Positions 12,910-25,599 of a DNA stretch of 64,000 bases are shown here, one piece after another (within the stretch, counting starts at the first letter, position 1; each line of letters begins with the position of its first letter). The translations under genes were made by a program, and so were the position numbers. This stretch comes from Eledone cirrhosa. Taxonomy: Eukaryota. The notes below the pieces were generated by a model. That model was not told the DNA's origin and made no database searches. It saw only the letters and a program-made list of their open reading frames with translations. The DNA lies in contig OZ024742.1 in assembly GCA_964016885.1 (NCBI GenBank), positions 110,484,001-110,548,000 of the forward strand, given 5' to 3'.

Positions 12910-13265
12910 TACACATATACACAAGAAGTACACATATACACAGTGTACTTCTTGTTTTAGTTGACTTACGTCTCCGAACATTCGTGTATTTATATGTAGG
13001 TATGTGTGTGCGCTTGTTATATACGTATTTATTTACTTATATACGTTTATATAATTATTTATTTATTTGTACACACGCATGCACACACACACATATTTAT
13101 ATGTGCGTGGTTTTGTATACTTATGGTAAGGTTTTGCGTATGCTTGTATATGTATGTATTTGTTTGCGTGTATGTATTTATTTATTTCTATTACTTCTGT
13201 ATTGTATTTATTTACTTTGTTCTTAACTCTGTAGCGGAGATTCATTTGGTCTCCTAGTTAGAATT

Positions 13266-13530
13266 TTAGTCTACGACTTCTGCTATACCATTTACGTGGT
13301 TTTGTCTTTGTGTGCTATTGTTCTCCACGCCCCACATATGACGTATTATCTTCGTTTTTTCGTTCATTGCCAGAGAACGTCTTTATGCACCACCTAAGAG
13401 AACATTAGTCTACGACCTCTTTTATACCATAAACGTGGTTCTGTCTTTGCGCGTATTTGTTTTTCACCGCTCCTATTAATGACGTATTATTCGTTTTTTC
13501 CCGTTCTTTGACAGCGAACGTTTCCACGAA
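13266..13530 (+). repeat. Diverged ~139-bp tandem duplication upstream of an HHR
   Basis: TTAGTCTACGAC...ACGTGGTT...ATGACGTATTAT occurs at ~13266 and ~13405. Confidence 0.8.
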
Positions 13531-13611
13531 CCAAAGTATCGTCTTCCTGTCTTCCCCCGGTTGCAACGTTTTTTGAAATATCCAGTTCTGCGTTTACAGA
13601 TTGACTTTGTT

Positions 13612-13662
13612 AGTTTCAGAAGATCCCGTTAAGGGTGAAAGCAGCGATTCTTTGCTTAAACT
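13612..13662 (+). ncRNA. Hammerhead motif, U4A variant core (CAGAAGA)
   Basis: AGTTT-CAGAAGA-tCCC gttaa GGGt-GAA-AGCAG cgattct TTGCT-T-AAACT. Confidence 0.65.
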
Positions 13663-13741
13663 TTAATCTGTTATTTTAATAAATATATAATATATATATA
13701 ATATAATATATATATATATATATAATATATATATATATATA

Positions 13742-13815
<74 letters not shown>

Positions 13816-14059
13816 TTATTATATTATTTTTTTAATTATGATGTGGTTTATACGAAAGTCTGGTTAGGCATGCTTACATGGAGGAAATTTGCATTAATAA
13901 GGTTCATATCATCCGTAATTCTAAGTCCTAGTGCACGAAAGGTCTCAACTAAATTTTAACGGAATCTGTCCTCAGTGTGTCCGTTACAATCATGTGAAAA
14001 GAAAAAATATCCTCCATGGAGAATTTAGATTTTAGATTTTAGATTTTAGATTTTAGCGT

Positions 14060-14675
14060 ATGAAGATTGTATCATTTGGAAGATACTTGAAAAATCCAGA
14101 TCTTTCATCAATGCTACCAAGAGATGTCGTCTCTGTCTTAATGAGAAATTTAGAATGTTACAAGGTTTGTCGTCTCCGAACAATAATTATTTGGACTAAA
14201 AAAAGGAAATTTGATTTTCAACCACCTTAATTTGATTTATGGACTTTCTTAATATCCTTTTCTCTTTCCTTTTCCACTCGTACATAATACAGTACACCTG
14301 CTATAATGCTCTACTTCATACCTTAATAAATATTACCATTTCTATATTACCTATCACCACATAATACCATAAATCTGCTTTAGTGCACTAACACACGTAC
14401 GACTTCGGTATTTCAAATTAACGTCTTAGTGTTATTTCTTTTTTTTTATAATACGTTTTTCGTAAAACTTTTAACGGCATCTTATAAATTCGTATGAGCG
14501 CCTGAAGATTAGATCACAATTTTGATCCCTCTTAAATGTTTGAGATATGGTCAATATTGGGGGTTGAAACCTTAGGATTTGTGTTCCGTGTATGAACATA
14601 AATCAATAATATAACATATCAACTCTCTTCTGATTCGAGCAATGTTTCCCTTTTTCACACCTACGGGTATTTTCT

Positions 14676-14680
<5 letters not shown>
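14060..14680 (+). mobile_element. PLE 3' remnant (GIY-YIG C-terminus + UTR)
   Basis: ~14070-14200 translates IIWKILEKSRSFINATKRCRLCLNEKFRML, similar to PLE1 WSILDHSREYQRGTKKCSLCTTEKFRIL. Confidence 0.75.
14496..14586 (+). ncRNA. Hammerhead-like motif with long stem II
   Basis: GAGCGC-CTGAAGA-57 nt-GAAA-CCTtAGG-attt-GTGTTC; cleavage-site register imperfect. Confidence 0.5.
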
Positions 14681-14712
<32 letters not shown>

Positions 14713-14713
14713 A

Positions 14714-15141
14714 ACAAAGAAAGTATGTTTGGAGAGCGGCGAGCGAAGTTTTAGAATTGAAATAGAAATAGAAACATTGACTAAATAATTGTTTCTACTT
14801 TTGGCTCAAGGCCAGTAATTATCTCAGTGCATTACTGGTACTTTATTTTATCCCGTAAGAATGAAAAGCAAAGTTAACCTCGGCGGGATTTGAACTCTGA
14901 CCGTAAAGTGGCGTAACTCTATGCTGCAAAGCGTGGCGGCCGACGCTCTACCGATACTGCCAATCCACCGCCCAGCATTGACTAAATAATGTAGTCCAAA
15001 GTGTACAAAACTTTTTCCGTTTAGTTTAAACGCTCCATTATTGGACTATACTACTTTGTCAATGTTGTGGCGAAACTTCTATTGATTTCTATTTCAATCC
15101 TAAAACTTCTTTTACTGCCTTCAAAACACACTTTCTTTGTA
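14714..15141. mobile_element. Imperfect palindromic MITE-like element interrupted by a SINE
   Basis: ACAAAGAAAGT..GAAGTTTTAGAATTGAAATAGAAAT pairs with ATTTCTATTTCAATCCTAAAACTTC..ACTTTCTTTGT. Confidence 0.6.
14790..14975 (-). mobile_element. tRNA-derived SINE with 15-bp TSD
   Basis: Box A TGGCAGTATCGG, box B GTTCAAATCC; TSD CATTGACTAAATAAT at 14775-14789 and 14976-14990. Confidence 0.9.
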
Positions 15142-15161
15142 TACATATCGCTATTGAGTTA

Positions 15162-15616
15162 TCTATATATCTAAAACAGAGAATGTCTGTCTGTCTGACT
15201 CCCTAAAACTTGAGAACCACCCAACCGATTTTTTTCAAACTTTACACATGTAATACTTATGGTCGTGTGAGTGTTTTGAGCAAAATAAATGTCAAATTTT
15301 CAATGCCCTAGGGACCACATTAGGCGATTTAGCGATCTCTCTATAATTCTTAGTCTTTCTTTTTAGATAGATACATAGCTACAACGTCGCGCCCTTATAA
15401 TATCTGTGTGTATGTCTGGCTGTCTGCATTACGACATTATCACACTATCTGTTTGTGTGTGTGTGTATATATATGTATATATATATAGTGTGTGTGTATA
15501 TATAGTGTGTAACGTTTTTCGAAATATTTACTTCTGCGTTCATAGATTGATTATTTTAGTTTCAGAAGATCCCGTTAAGGGTGAAAGCAGCGATTCTTTG
15601 CTTAAACATTAATCTG

Positions 15617-15676
<60 letters not shown>

Positions 15677-15815
15677 GTGTACAGATATTTTTGCTTACAC
15701 AATAACAAAATATAAACAAACGTATTTATTTCACGAGGTTCGATAAGGATAAATATATATCAAATATATAAGAACCCTAGAGCAAATCCCGAGCAACGCC
15801 GGGCCATTCTGGTAG
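15162..15815 (+). mobile_element. Non-autonomous Helitron with internal foreign pieces
   Basis: 5' A|TCTATATATCTAAAA..GTCTGTCTGTCT; 3' hairpin CCCG agcaacgc CGGG then GTAG|T (CTRR degenerate). Confidence 0.65.
15559..15607 (+). ncRNA. Second U4A hammerhead motif
   Basis: Core and stems identical to 13612-13662 while flanks diverge. Confidence 0.65.
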
Positions 15816-15881
15816 TAACTTCTAAAAATAACAGAAAAAAGGGGGCGGTGGTGGGGTTTCATTGGCGAAATGGTTCTCTCT

Positions 15882-15930
<49 letters not shown>

Positions 15931-16177
15931 GTGTTACCATTATACCATATGTACATGTATACATATATACATATGGTGTAATGGTAACACGTTGCAAACC
16001 AAAAATTGGGTTCGTGTCTCATGTACGTCAATAATCATCCTTTTTTCCATTGAGAGGATTTAAAAAAAATCCCAACTAACAGACTAATTGTATTTAGTCA
16101 AATACAGCGTAAGTGCATGTTACTACCTAATTTTCAAATTCACTAGCCGTTTCTAAACAAAGTCTGCTTTGTGTCTT

Positions 16178-16298
<121 letters not shown>

Positions 16299-16743
16299 TA
16301 AATCTTACAATAAAGAATATAGCATGTGTTATATTCAAGAAATATGTGCGTGCATATGTGTGCTCATTTCGCAGTGCATCTGTCTAACATCTGCTGAATA
16401 TGTTTATCAGTATAATTTGGTAGTAGACATAATAAAACAGGCTAATATTTTGGGAATTTTACATGTTTACCTTTCAACTTTGTGAACGTGAATTTCCACT
16501 TAAAAGAAACTCACATCAAACGAAGGAAATTGAAATATGCACATTTGAAATATTTTCTACCGGCACTGATTCACACGATTGAATCATGCAGAGATTTATA
16601 TATTTATGAGATGATTTGTTCGTATTTTCCCCAGTATATTATATGACTCATGGCGGCATAAGTGATTGGAAAGCAAACTTCTTATTGAAGCAACAGAACT
16701 GAGATAGAAAATGCATTGTATGTATGTGTTTAAATTTTAAAGT

Positions 16744-16784
<41 letters not shown>

Positions 16785-16919
16785 ATATATATCTATAAAC
16801 AAAGAAAGTGATTGGAAAGCAAACTTCTTATTGTAGCAATATAACTGAGATAGAAAATGCATTGTATCTATGTGTTTAAATTTTAAAATGTAACACGCGC
16901 GTACACACAGACACACACG

Positions 16920-17000
<81 letters not shown>

Positions 17001-17435
17001 GCACACACACGCACATATATATATACACACAAACATACATGGTGTATTACTATTGTTGATTATTTTATATTTCATACTTCTTGAAATATATTATCACTTC
17101 GTAGAAACATGTGCTAACCCGTTGGACATATCTCCAACACAATCATGAGTATGAGGTGTGTATACTTTTTTTATGTCAGTCTTAACTATATATGTTTTCG
17201 AATTACTCATATGTGAAAACTTTAGTGATGGAAAAAGAAAAGAAAAAAGCAATTATAGAAAAGCACATGATTTCTTGTAAAAAAAAAATGTACTCAATAC
17301 ATGCGTTTATTTCTTCGTTCGAAGCTGCGACTTATCTAACTGGCTTATCTATTTGTGTGCAATACTCGCAGCATTGACGGTTTCAATCATTAACTCCGAA
17401 TTTAATATATATTTATGTGTGTGCGTGTGTGTACA

Positions 17436-17490
<55 letters not shown>

Positions 17491-18139
17491 AATATATACA
17501 TTTACACGCACACACATACATACACACACACACATATGTATATGAATGTGTGTATATATAAATCGTTATATTTTCTAAAAGAACTTTAAAATAGAAATAT
17601 TTCGCGTAACCCACGTCAACCAGGTTTGACGGAGTTCAAACACATATGTTTCATTCACCAGACGTATTTTAATACCTCGACTGCTTACAATTTAGACATG
17701 AGTATATATATTTTGATAAAAATGTTTTATCACTTGCAAGGCATTAATTTCCGAACTCGCATAAGCACAAGAAACATTTAAATCCAGAATAAGTCTGGAG
17801 GCAAAGGACGAAATTGCTCCACTATAACATGGAACGTGTTTTCTAGGATCCCGCAACAATTCAGGAAATTGCATAATTGAAGACTAGGAAATAGCTTATC
17901 CTGAATCCACCTATGGTTTTCTTCAACAGACTATCCGATTTCATTTCTAATTATTGTCAGAAAAAAGTTTTGACCTTGGGTCATTTCAAACAGATCGACA
18001 CAGAAAATAATATATGGAACCATCTTTCAAGCAGACCACAGTCTAGGTTTAACTCATTGCAAATGTCTGATTGATGAGACATGTAAGGACTTCATGTGAA
18101 GAAATTCTGAATTTATAGCCGTGAGAACTTATATTAACT

Positions 18140-18514
18140 TATATCCGAAGGCTCTTTTGCGTAACGTTACTCGACAAAGAGCGTAGCTAGGCAATCAGAG
18201 TTTCATTCCAGGTAGAGCCGCTACTTCTCCGAATTGAGAGATCACAGCTTCGATACTATAGGCATGTAGTTAGAATGTCTCAGGAAAGAATTGGTGGACA
18301 GATTTTACGGACGAAATCAACAGGTAGGAGACCCAGGGGTAGACTTGAGCAAGATGGTTGGATAACATCCATGAGCTTGGCTTGTCTCACTTAGGGATCC
18401 TGCCGGATCAGTTGGAGATGGTTGTTCTGAGAGGATCCACTGGGGGGAGTGTTTGGGGACTCTCCTCCGCGACCTTTTCTGGAATAAGTGGTTGAAGAAG
18501 AAGAATAAGAATAA

Positions 18515-18517
<3 letters not shown>
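18140..18517 (+). mobile_element. RTE-clade LINE 3' fragment
   Basis: VEPLLLRIERSQLRYYRHVVRMSQER..GRRPRGR; (GAA)-type tail. Confidence 0.85.
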
Positions 18518-18573
<56 letters not shown>

Positions 18574-18579
<6 letters not shown>

Positions 18580-20500
18580 TCCTGCGTCTGTCCATATGGT
18601 GAGGGGGCTTGTGTGTTCCGAGAGAGCGTTATCGTCTGGAGCTTTGCTCCTGATAGGGCCACCCACGGTAGGCCGGTCTCTCGGGAAGTCCCAGACTAAC
18701 GATGAACCGTGGCGCATCGGCTCGCCGCCAAAATGGTAGCCCATCATCTGACTGTTCTGCGCAGGGCCAACATCGCGTCCACAAAAAAACACCAGCCCGT
18801 TAAGAAACCGACCGGAAAAAACCGGAGTGCTCAACATCCAAACAGTCCCCTGCTTACCCGCTCCCCCACCAAAAAGAAATTACCTTACGTCACAAAATTC
18901 GAGTTACTAAATGGAATGTCCTGTCACTCCTTAGCCCCGGAGCAACCAGTCGGCTGTCCCCATAGTTATCCTACTACAACATCAGACTAGTGGGAGTCTG
19001 TGAGGCACGCTGGCCTGGTAGCGGCGAATTCATCGCGGGAGACCACTGCCTGATTTAGAGTGGCTCTGAGGACAGACTTCTGCGGCGTGGTACTGGCCAT
19101 GCCCCAAAACATCGGCAAGTCATTCATCAGCTGGAACCCGAAGATGACAGTTTGTTCTCCGCACGTTTTCTCCATCGGCATGCGATCATGACTATCATTG
19201 TCGCCCATGCAGCTACAGACACCACAGAGGAAACTGTCAAGTATGACTACTACGATTCAACAGGTTTTAGAACAAATTCCACCCTATGACATCACGATCG
19301 TTTTGACGGATGCCAATGTTACTATCTCTTCTGCTAGAATCCCCAATCGACCTATTGCAGGCTCAACCTGTTGACACAACCTTCGCTGACCATCCACCAA
19401 TGACAATGGTAATCGTCTGCTGCTCCTGTGCCACTACATCACTCTCTGTATCGCCGACACCGGGTTCTCATCCATCACTGAACTCGGTACAATCCAGACA
19501 GCTACGTCCGGAAGGCAATCGACCACACCATAATCTCCCGCCACTAGAGGCCGTTTGTCACCAACTGCTGGGTCTACAGAAGAGCTTAACTCGGCAGTAC
19601 CGACAATCGGAAGTAGAGGTTGCGGGCGGACCCTACCACCAAGTATCAGCCCCGCCTTGACAACCTGTCTCCGGGATCCCAACATCGCTTGTACATTTAC
19701 GTGCTCCATCGTCAATCGCTTCAGAACCATGGCTGTGGACGAGATCGGGAAATGGGAGATCTTTTAACCAAGCGTCAACCAGTTTGCGGGTGATGTCCTG
19801 GTAAACCAAGACCTCTTCACAAACGGCCCTGGATTTATCTGCAGACGCTGGAGATAATTAACTTTCAACGTAAAGCTCGCCTGCGCAGCAACATAAATGA
19901 GTACCGCCCGCTCAACCGGATACACAACAAGGCCATTACCAGGAGAGGTTTTGTTATGAAGAAGCCGAATGCCTGGAGGCAGCAACAAGGAACTTATACC
20001 GGGGGGAATAAGCAACGCTTTGCATTCAGGTGAGCTGGGTGAAGAAACAGCTGATGTCGGCGATGGCTCGGATCCTCCCCTGCTTTATATTGGCCCCGAC
20101 GGCTTTGATAGCAGAGGCCTAAGGACTATCGAGAACATCACATGGTGCCACCACGTTTCCAACAAAGAGTTGCGTGTATGCACGCATCAGCCCGCAGCCT
20201 CCTGCCTCATAGTGATCCGCCGCATGCGATAGTACAGAGATGTTTTGCGCCTGCTGCCAGATCATCCTACCGGTGCTTTACTCTCGTTCGACGCACCAGC
20301 TTCAGGGTGGAAGAAACGCCGCAGCATGCCAGGCACCAGATGGCTGGATGTCACCAAGGAAGGTTTCCAGAGGCTGGACGTCACCTTGGAGGATGAAGAG
20401 GAGCTGGGACTAAACCACGAGGTTGACCTTATTCATGGTGATGCCTCTGGGGTCACTGACCTAGGGTGACACCCCAGTCTCATCGAGCAAAAGCAAGAAG
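18574..20500 (+). mobile_element. Internally deleted RTE-type LINE (5' UTR, APE remnants, C-terminal tail)
   Basis: RTE-like 5' UTR (GGTGAGGGGGCTTGTGTG..AGGGCCACCCA), LSEARWPGSG-like APE piece, RGLRTIENITWCHHVSNKEL..GWKKRR..TRWLDV tail. Confidence 0.75.
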
Positions 20501-20513
20501 AGAGAGAAGGATA

Positions 20514-20576
<63 letters not shown>

Positions 20577-20577
20577 A

Positions 20578-20639
<62 letters not shown>

Positions 20640-20809
20640 TGTGTGTGTGTGTGTGTGTGTGTGTGTTTGTGTGTGTGCGTGCGTGCGTGCGTGTATACAT
20701 TTGCCCAAATGGCTAAATAAACACACATACATACTTTCTCTCCTCCAAATGTTTCTTCCTTCTCTTCTCAATTTCACCAGTCTTTTTATTTCTTTTATCT
20801 CCAATTGTA

Positions 20810-20845
20810 TCTTCTGATGAAGGACTAATGACCGAAACGTTAAGA
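20810..20845 (+). ncRNA. Minimal type I hammerhead
   Basis: TCTT-CTGATGA-aGG actaatga CC-GAA-ACGT-T-AAGA; family members at 25095-25130 and 46675-46710. Confidence 0.7.
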
Positions 20846-21592
20846 CGCTTTCCTTACTATATGAAGCGTTAAACTAATATATATCTTCATTCAACTGAAA
20901 CATTTTATTGAGTTTTCATCCGTTTAATTTTCGAATACATTTATGCATACATACATACATACAGAAACATACACAAACACACACACACATAACATCACAC
21001 ACACAGTCACACATACCGTAACACTCACAGTCACACACACACACATACCGTCACACACAGTCACACACACACACATATATATAGATATATGTACCTGAAA
21101 AACTCTAGGCAGCAGTTTACCGGTGTTAAAGAGAAACGCCAGCGCTTCAATGTTAGCAAAGCTGAATATATACTGTAGAAATATGTTAGGAAAGATAGAA
21201 AGAAAGATATAGAACCTCGAAGGAGATATAAGAAGAAAGCCGATAAAAGATGAGAAAAAAAATCAAATAACTGTGGAGAGAAAGAAAATGACTGAATTAA
21301 TTACATAGCAGATTAGGTGTGTAAATAATTTAATAGAACAAGAATTAAAGAAAATAGAAGCATCTTATGAAAGAAAACCATTCAGGATGTAATAGAGTAA
21401 ATAGTCACTAGATAAAATGTATAAGAAAACAATAAAGATGGTATGGTAGAAATTAGATTAGAAATATATAGAAATAAAATGTCTTTAAGAGGTTAACAAG
21501 TGAAATGCACGCACACACATACACGCACACACACACACAAACGAACACATACACACACATATATATATACACTTCTGGCTGATTTTTTACTC

Positions 21593-21744
21593 ATATATTC
21601 ATGGAGATTGTATAAGTTTGCAAGAAGTAGGAAAATGCTCGACCAATCACAACTTCCTACTGACGGTTTCATTCAATATCAAGATCAATTTTAGTTATCC
21701 AGTGACATTACTCATATATATATATATATATATGACCGTCGGAA

Positions 21745-21834
<90 letters not shown>

Positions 21835-21904
21835 CCGTAGGAAGTTGTGATTGGTCGAGCATTTTCCTACTTCTTGCAAACTTATACAATCTCCATGAAT
21901 ATAT
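21593..21904. repeat. Short element with 68-bp inverted ends around (TA)n
   Basis: 21593-21660 is the reverse complement of 21837-21904. Confidence 0.9.
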
Positions 21905-22068
21905 ATATATATGAATACCCCCTCCGCCTCCGTGGTATTTTCTTCGTGGTTATAAGAGGCTTAGCTCTGTTTCTCGACCGTTATATCGCGTGACTATCTC
22001 CCCCTCCGCCTTTTGGGATTCTTTCTCACGTCGTGTAGACGCGTTCTTGAGACTAGTAAAATGAGGTA

Positions 22069-22156
22069 TCCTCTTGATAAGTCGGCAGACCTCGCAAGGA
22101 CTCTATATCTTTGATATATTGTTTTTGTTTATGCCACGAAACTACGTAGTCGAGGA
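22069..22156 (+). ncRNA. Hammerhead, U3-A8 variant, long stem II
   Basis: TCCTC-TTGATAA-GTcGGCA...TGCCAC-GAA-ACTACGTAGT-C-GAGGA. Confidence 0.8.
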
Positions 22157-22325
22157 ATTTAGGAACAGTTTAGGTATGATACATTTTATTACTAATTATA
22201 TCTAAATGTTTCTTCTCTCTTCATAATGAATATATATATATATATATCAAGTAAGTATGTTTTGAAACAGTGAGCGAGTTTGAAATTAGAGAATATATAG
22301 CTTTCACCGTATTTTGACGAAAGGA

Positions 22326-22441
22326 ATTTTTAGCTTGATAACGGGGTTTAGAACCCTCAGATAAATGGAAAAAGATGAGTATTGACGTACATCTTTTTCC
22401 ATTTATCTGAGGGTTCTAAACCCCATTATCAAGCTAAAAAT
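22326..22441. repeat. 52-bp-arm hairpin flanked by 11-bp direct repeat
   Basis: One mismatch between arms, 12-nt loop; TGACGAAAGGA at 22315-22325 and 22443-22453. Confidence 0.9.
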
Positions 22442-22611
22442 GTGACGAAAGGACTATGATTATATATAAACAACTATCTGGTTGTGGAACCAACCAACCA
22501 ACCAGAAATTTATAAATTTATAAATTTGTAAATTTATAAATATATAATAAACTGAAGTGAAAGCAACTGGTGCGTGTGTTTCTTATTGGCAACATGACCC
22601 TCCCAAAGTAT

Positions 22612-22660
<49 letters not shown>

Positions 22661-22760
22661 TAAAAGGAATTCCAACTTTGTCTGATTTACTTGTTTTATT
22701 TACAATCCTTTACAATTATAATGAAATAGTATGGTAGAATATTAAATGGTAAATGTTAAT

Positions 22761-22799
22761 TGAACAAGTACTTTCATGCTTTCGCAATCTTCAGGTTCA
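22761..22799 (-). ncRNA. Minimal canonical hammerhead
   Basis: Minus TGAAC-CTGAAGA-tTGC gaaa GCAt-GAA-AGTACT-T-GTTCA, within a ~180-bp island between (TA)n tracts. Confidence 0.85.
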
Positions 22800-22837
22800 T
22801 ATTCTGTGGTGACAGTCAAGTTTGCAATTTTCAACTG

Positions 22838-22908
<71 letters not shown>

Positions 22909-23033
22909 TATTAAATATTTAAACTCTGCTATGTATTGAGTACCTTACTTACTATGGTTTCCCATGATCGAACCCGGGATACACTCACACACACAGACAC
23001 ACACAGACACACACAGACACACACACAGACACA

Positions 23034-23109
<76 letters not shown>

Positions 23110-24617
23110 AAGAGAGAGAGAGAGAGAGAAAGGATGAGACATACAATGAATTGAAGGGGATGATGGGAATAAAGCCAGAAATGAATGTGAAAAGAAATGA
23201 AATGAGATGACTAAGTGGGGATGTGTTGAAGGAAGATGGAAGTGAGGAGATGAATGATGGACATGTGCGTAGAAGGAATTCGAAGACGAAGAAACAATTG
23301 GCTAAAGATGATGGCGGAGAAAACGGAACCCATGCATTTGGTTAGGGTAGATGCAGAGGATAGGACAAATGGAGAAACTTGCTATAGAACCCGCAAGGCT
23401 AATCTCTGTTTTAGATGGGAAATGGTCTTACTTTTGTAGTTGTTTTCTTTCCTGGCATTGCTATTACTTTTGTTCGTTTAAAATCCCCACCTTCCTGTGT
23501 TATCTGTACTAGTTTAGACCCTGGTTCTTGTATGTATACCACCAAAGCTGTCTCCCGCACGGATACATTCATCTGCTATAACATCCAAAGACATCAACTT
23601 AGTTGTATCGATAAATTTCACAAACGTTGTTACGGCAAAGGATAGTAGTGATTTTTTCATGTGTTCATATTTATTTCAATAAAAAGACAACAAAAATGCA
23701 GTTGTTGCTGTTGTTATACGAAAACTATGTTATATTTGTATTCTTTTGTTTATTGATATTTATGTTATTATTAAAATTGACTGCTGTTGTGTATTTTTTT
23801 AAACTCTCCGCTATCTTTATTGTTATCAAAATGATGTGCTTGAAGTGATAGAGTGATGGATATTTTCAAACAATTCAGTAGAATGTTTCCCCAACAACAC
23901 CCAATAACTTCCTCCTGCCATAGAGAGCAACGAAAAAGTTGCTGTATTCATAACTCTGATTAGATTCCACTAAAAATGGAAGAGAATAACAAAAACGAAT
24001 GAGATATCTTCGAAAAACATCTCTAAATTAACCCTAAGGAATATTATTATCCAAGATTATAAATGATCGGCATCAGAATTTAGTTTAATTGTAAAATAGA
24101 AGAAATCTATTTTTTTATCCTTCTGTTTTTGAATATTCCGTATTTTGTTGTTGTTTTTAACCATATCTCTTCTTATATCATCCTGACTTCTTGTATTCTC
24201 AACCACACGCCCACATATATCATGTTTAGGATTCAGGCTATAGTTATGGTTTCTATCTATTATTCTCTTGTTAGTTTTCTGTCTTTTCTCTATAACTTTA
24301 CGCGTATTTTCATTTCAAATGAAAGTCATTGTGCATCATTCTCTTATATTCCCAAACTCTAACACACGCTCTTTCTTTCACTCGCTCATTAATCCACTCA
24401 AGTGTGTATTCTTTTTCTACACAGTGCATATTCATTGCTCTATTTCTGTTTATATATATATATCCGAATCTATATACACAAATATTTACATATATAGCTG
24501 CATATGTGTGCTTGTGTGTATCTTTCTATTGTAATACTATGAAATCATCCTATAAAGGAAAAAAACAAAACAATGCTGAATCATACATATATGTACGTAT
24601 ATATACATACATGTACA

Positions 24618-25012
24618 GGCACATGGCTTAGTGGTTAGAGCATTGGCCTTGCAATCGAAAGGTTGTGAGTTCAATTCTCAGACCGGGTAATGTGTTGTTT
24701 CCTTGAACAAGACACTTTATTTCACATTGCTCCAGTTTACTCAGCTGTAGAAATGAGATGATAGGGACTGGGGTCCATATCATTCCACTGCAAAGTAGTC
24801 GTGGAGGTGCCACGGCAAAAAGCACCCAGCCCACACTGTAAAGTGGACGTGTAGGTGCCACGGCAAAAAATCACCCAGCACTCACTGTAAATGAGGTTGG
24901 TTTTAGGAAGGGCATCCAGCTGTAGAAATCAAGCCAGAATCAGTTCCCGTCCCACCCTTGCAAGCAGGGAAAAGCGGACGTAAAATGAAATAATGATGAT
25001 GATGATGATGAT
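24618..25012 (+). mobile_element. tRNA-derived SINE with RTE-like tail and (GAT)n end
   Basis: Box A TGGCTTAGTGG, box B GTTCAATTC; AGGAAGGGCATCCAGC tail motif. Confidence 0.8.
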
Positions 25013-25094
25013 ACATACACAGAAATAATAAAGCACACGGCACAGTGCAAGGAAGAAATATATTAGTTTAACGCTTGAGATAATAGAAAAAGAA

Positions 25095-25130
25095 TCTTAA
25101 CATTTCGGTCACTAGTCCTACACAAGAAGA
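25095..25130 (-). other. Dead hammerhead remnant (core CTTGTGT)
   Basis: Homologous to 20810-20845 including downstream AAGCGTTAAACTAATAT. Confidence 0.6.
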
Positions 25131-25466
25131 TAGAATGAGAAACAATAGATAAACTAGAAAGATATAGAGTGAGAAGAGGAAGGAACGGAAGAAGAAAGAA
25201 AATATTGAGAGAAAACCACACGTGCGTATTAAAAAAAAACACACAGACAAATACATAGCCAAACCCACTGGACGTACAAATATATGGAGCATACAAAAGA
25301 TAGCGCTACTAAGGCACTGCACACACATTACGAACAGTACTATCAATACAATAGAAACAATATCAGCAAAAACTACACTGCTTATACCCAAGGCACACAG
25401 AGCTGTGCTCGGGAAAGCAGTAATGATGCACAATAAACATAATAATGGAAATAAAAAAAAAATAAT

Positions 25467-25592
25467 AATTGTTTCTATTTTTGGCACAAGGCCAGCAATT
25501 ATCCCAATGCATTACTGGTACTTTATTTTATCGACCCCATAAGGATGAAAAGCAAAGTTAGCCTCGACGGGATTTGAACTCACACCGTAAAG
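25467..25592 (-). mobile_element. 5'-truncated SINE (same family as 14790-14975; further bits at 38793-38855 with 17-bp TSD and at 40291-40352)
   Basis: TTGTTTCTA.TTTTGGCACAAGGCCAGCAATTATCC...GGGATTTGAACTC. Confidence 0.85.
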
Positions 25593-25599
25593 GGACAAG

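Noticed and set aside
14023-14056. Telomere-like repeat (TTTTAGA)n
   Set aside because: Only about five units, not TTAGGG; simple slippage beside a PLE remnant.
16660-16896. ~90-bp direct duplication next to (CA)n
   Set aside because: No ribozyme or coding features; probably local slippage.
17692-18130. Possible host exon or transposase in a unique island
   Set aside because: Frames examined are short or stopped and no motif was recognised.
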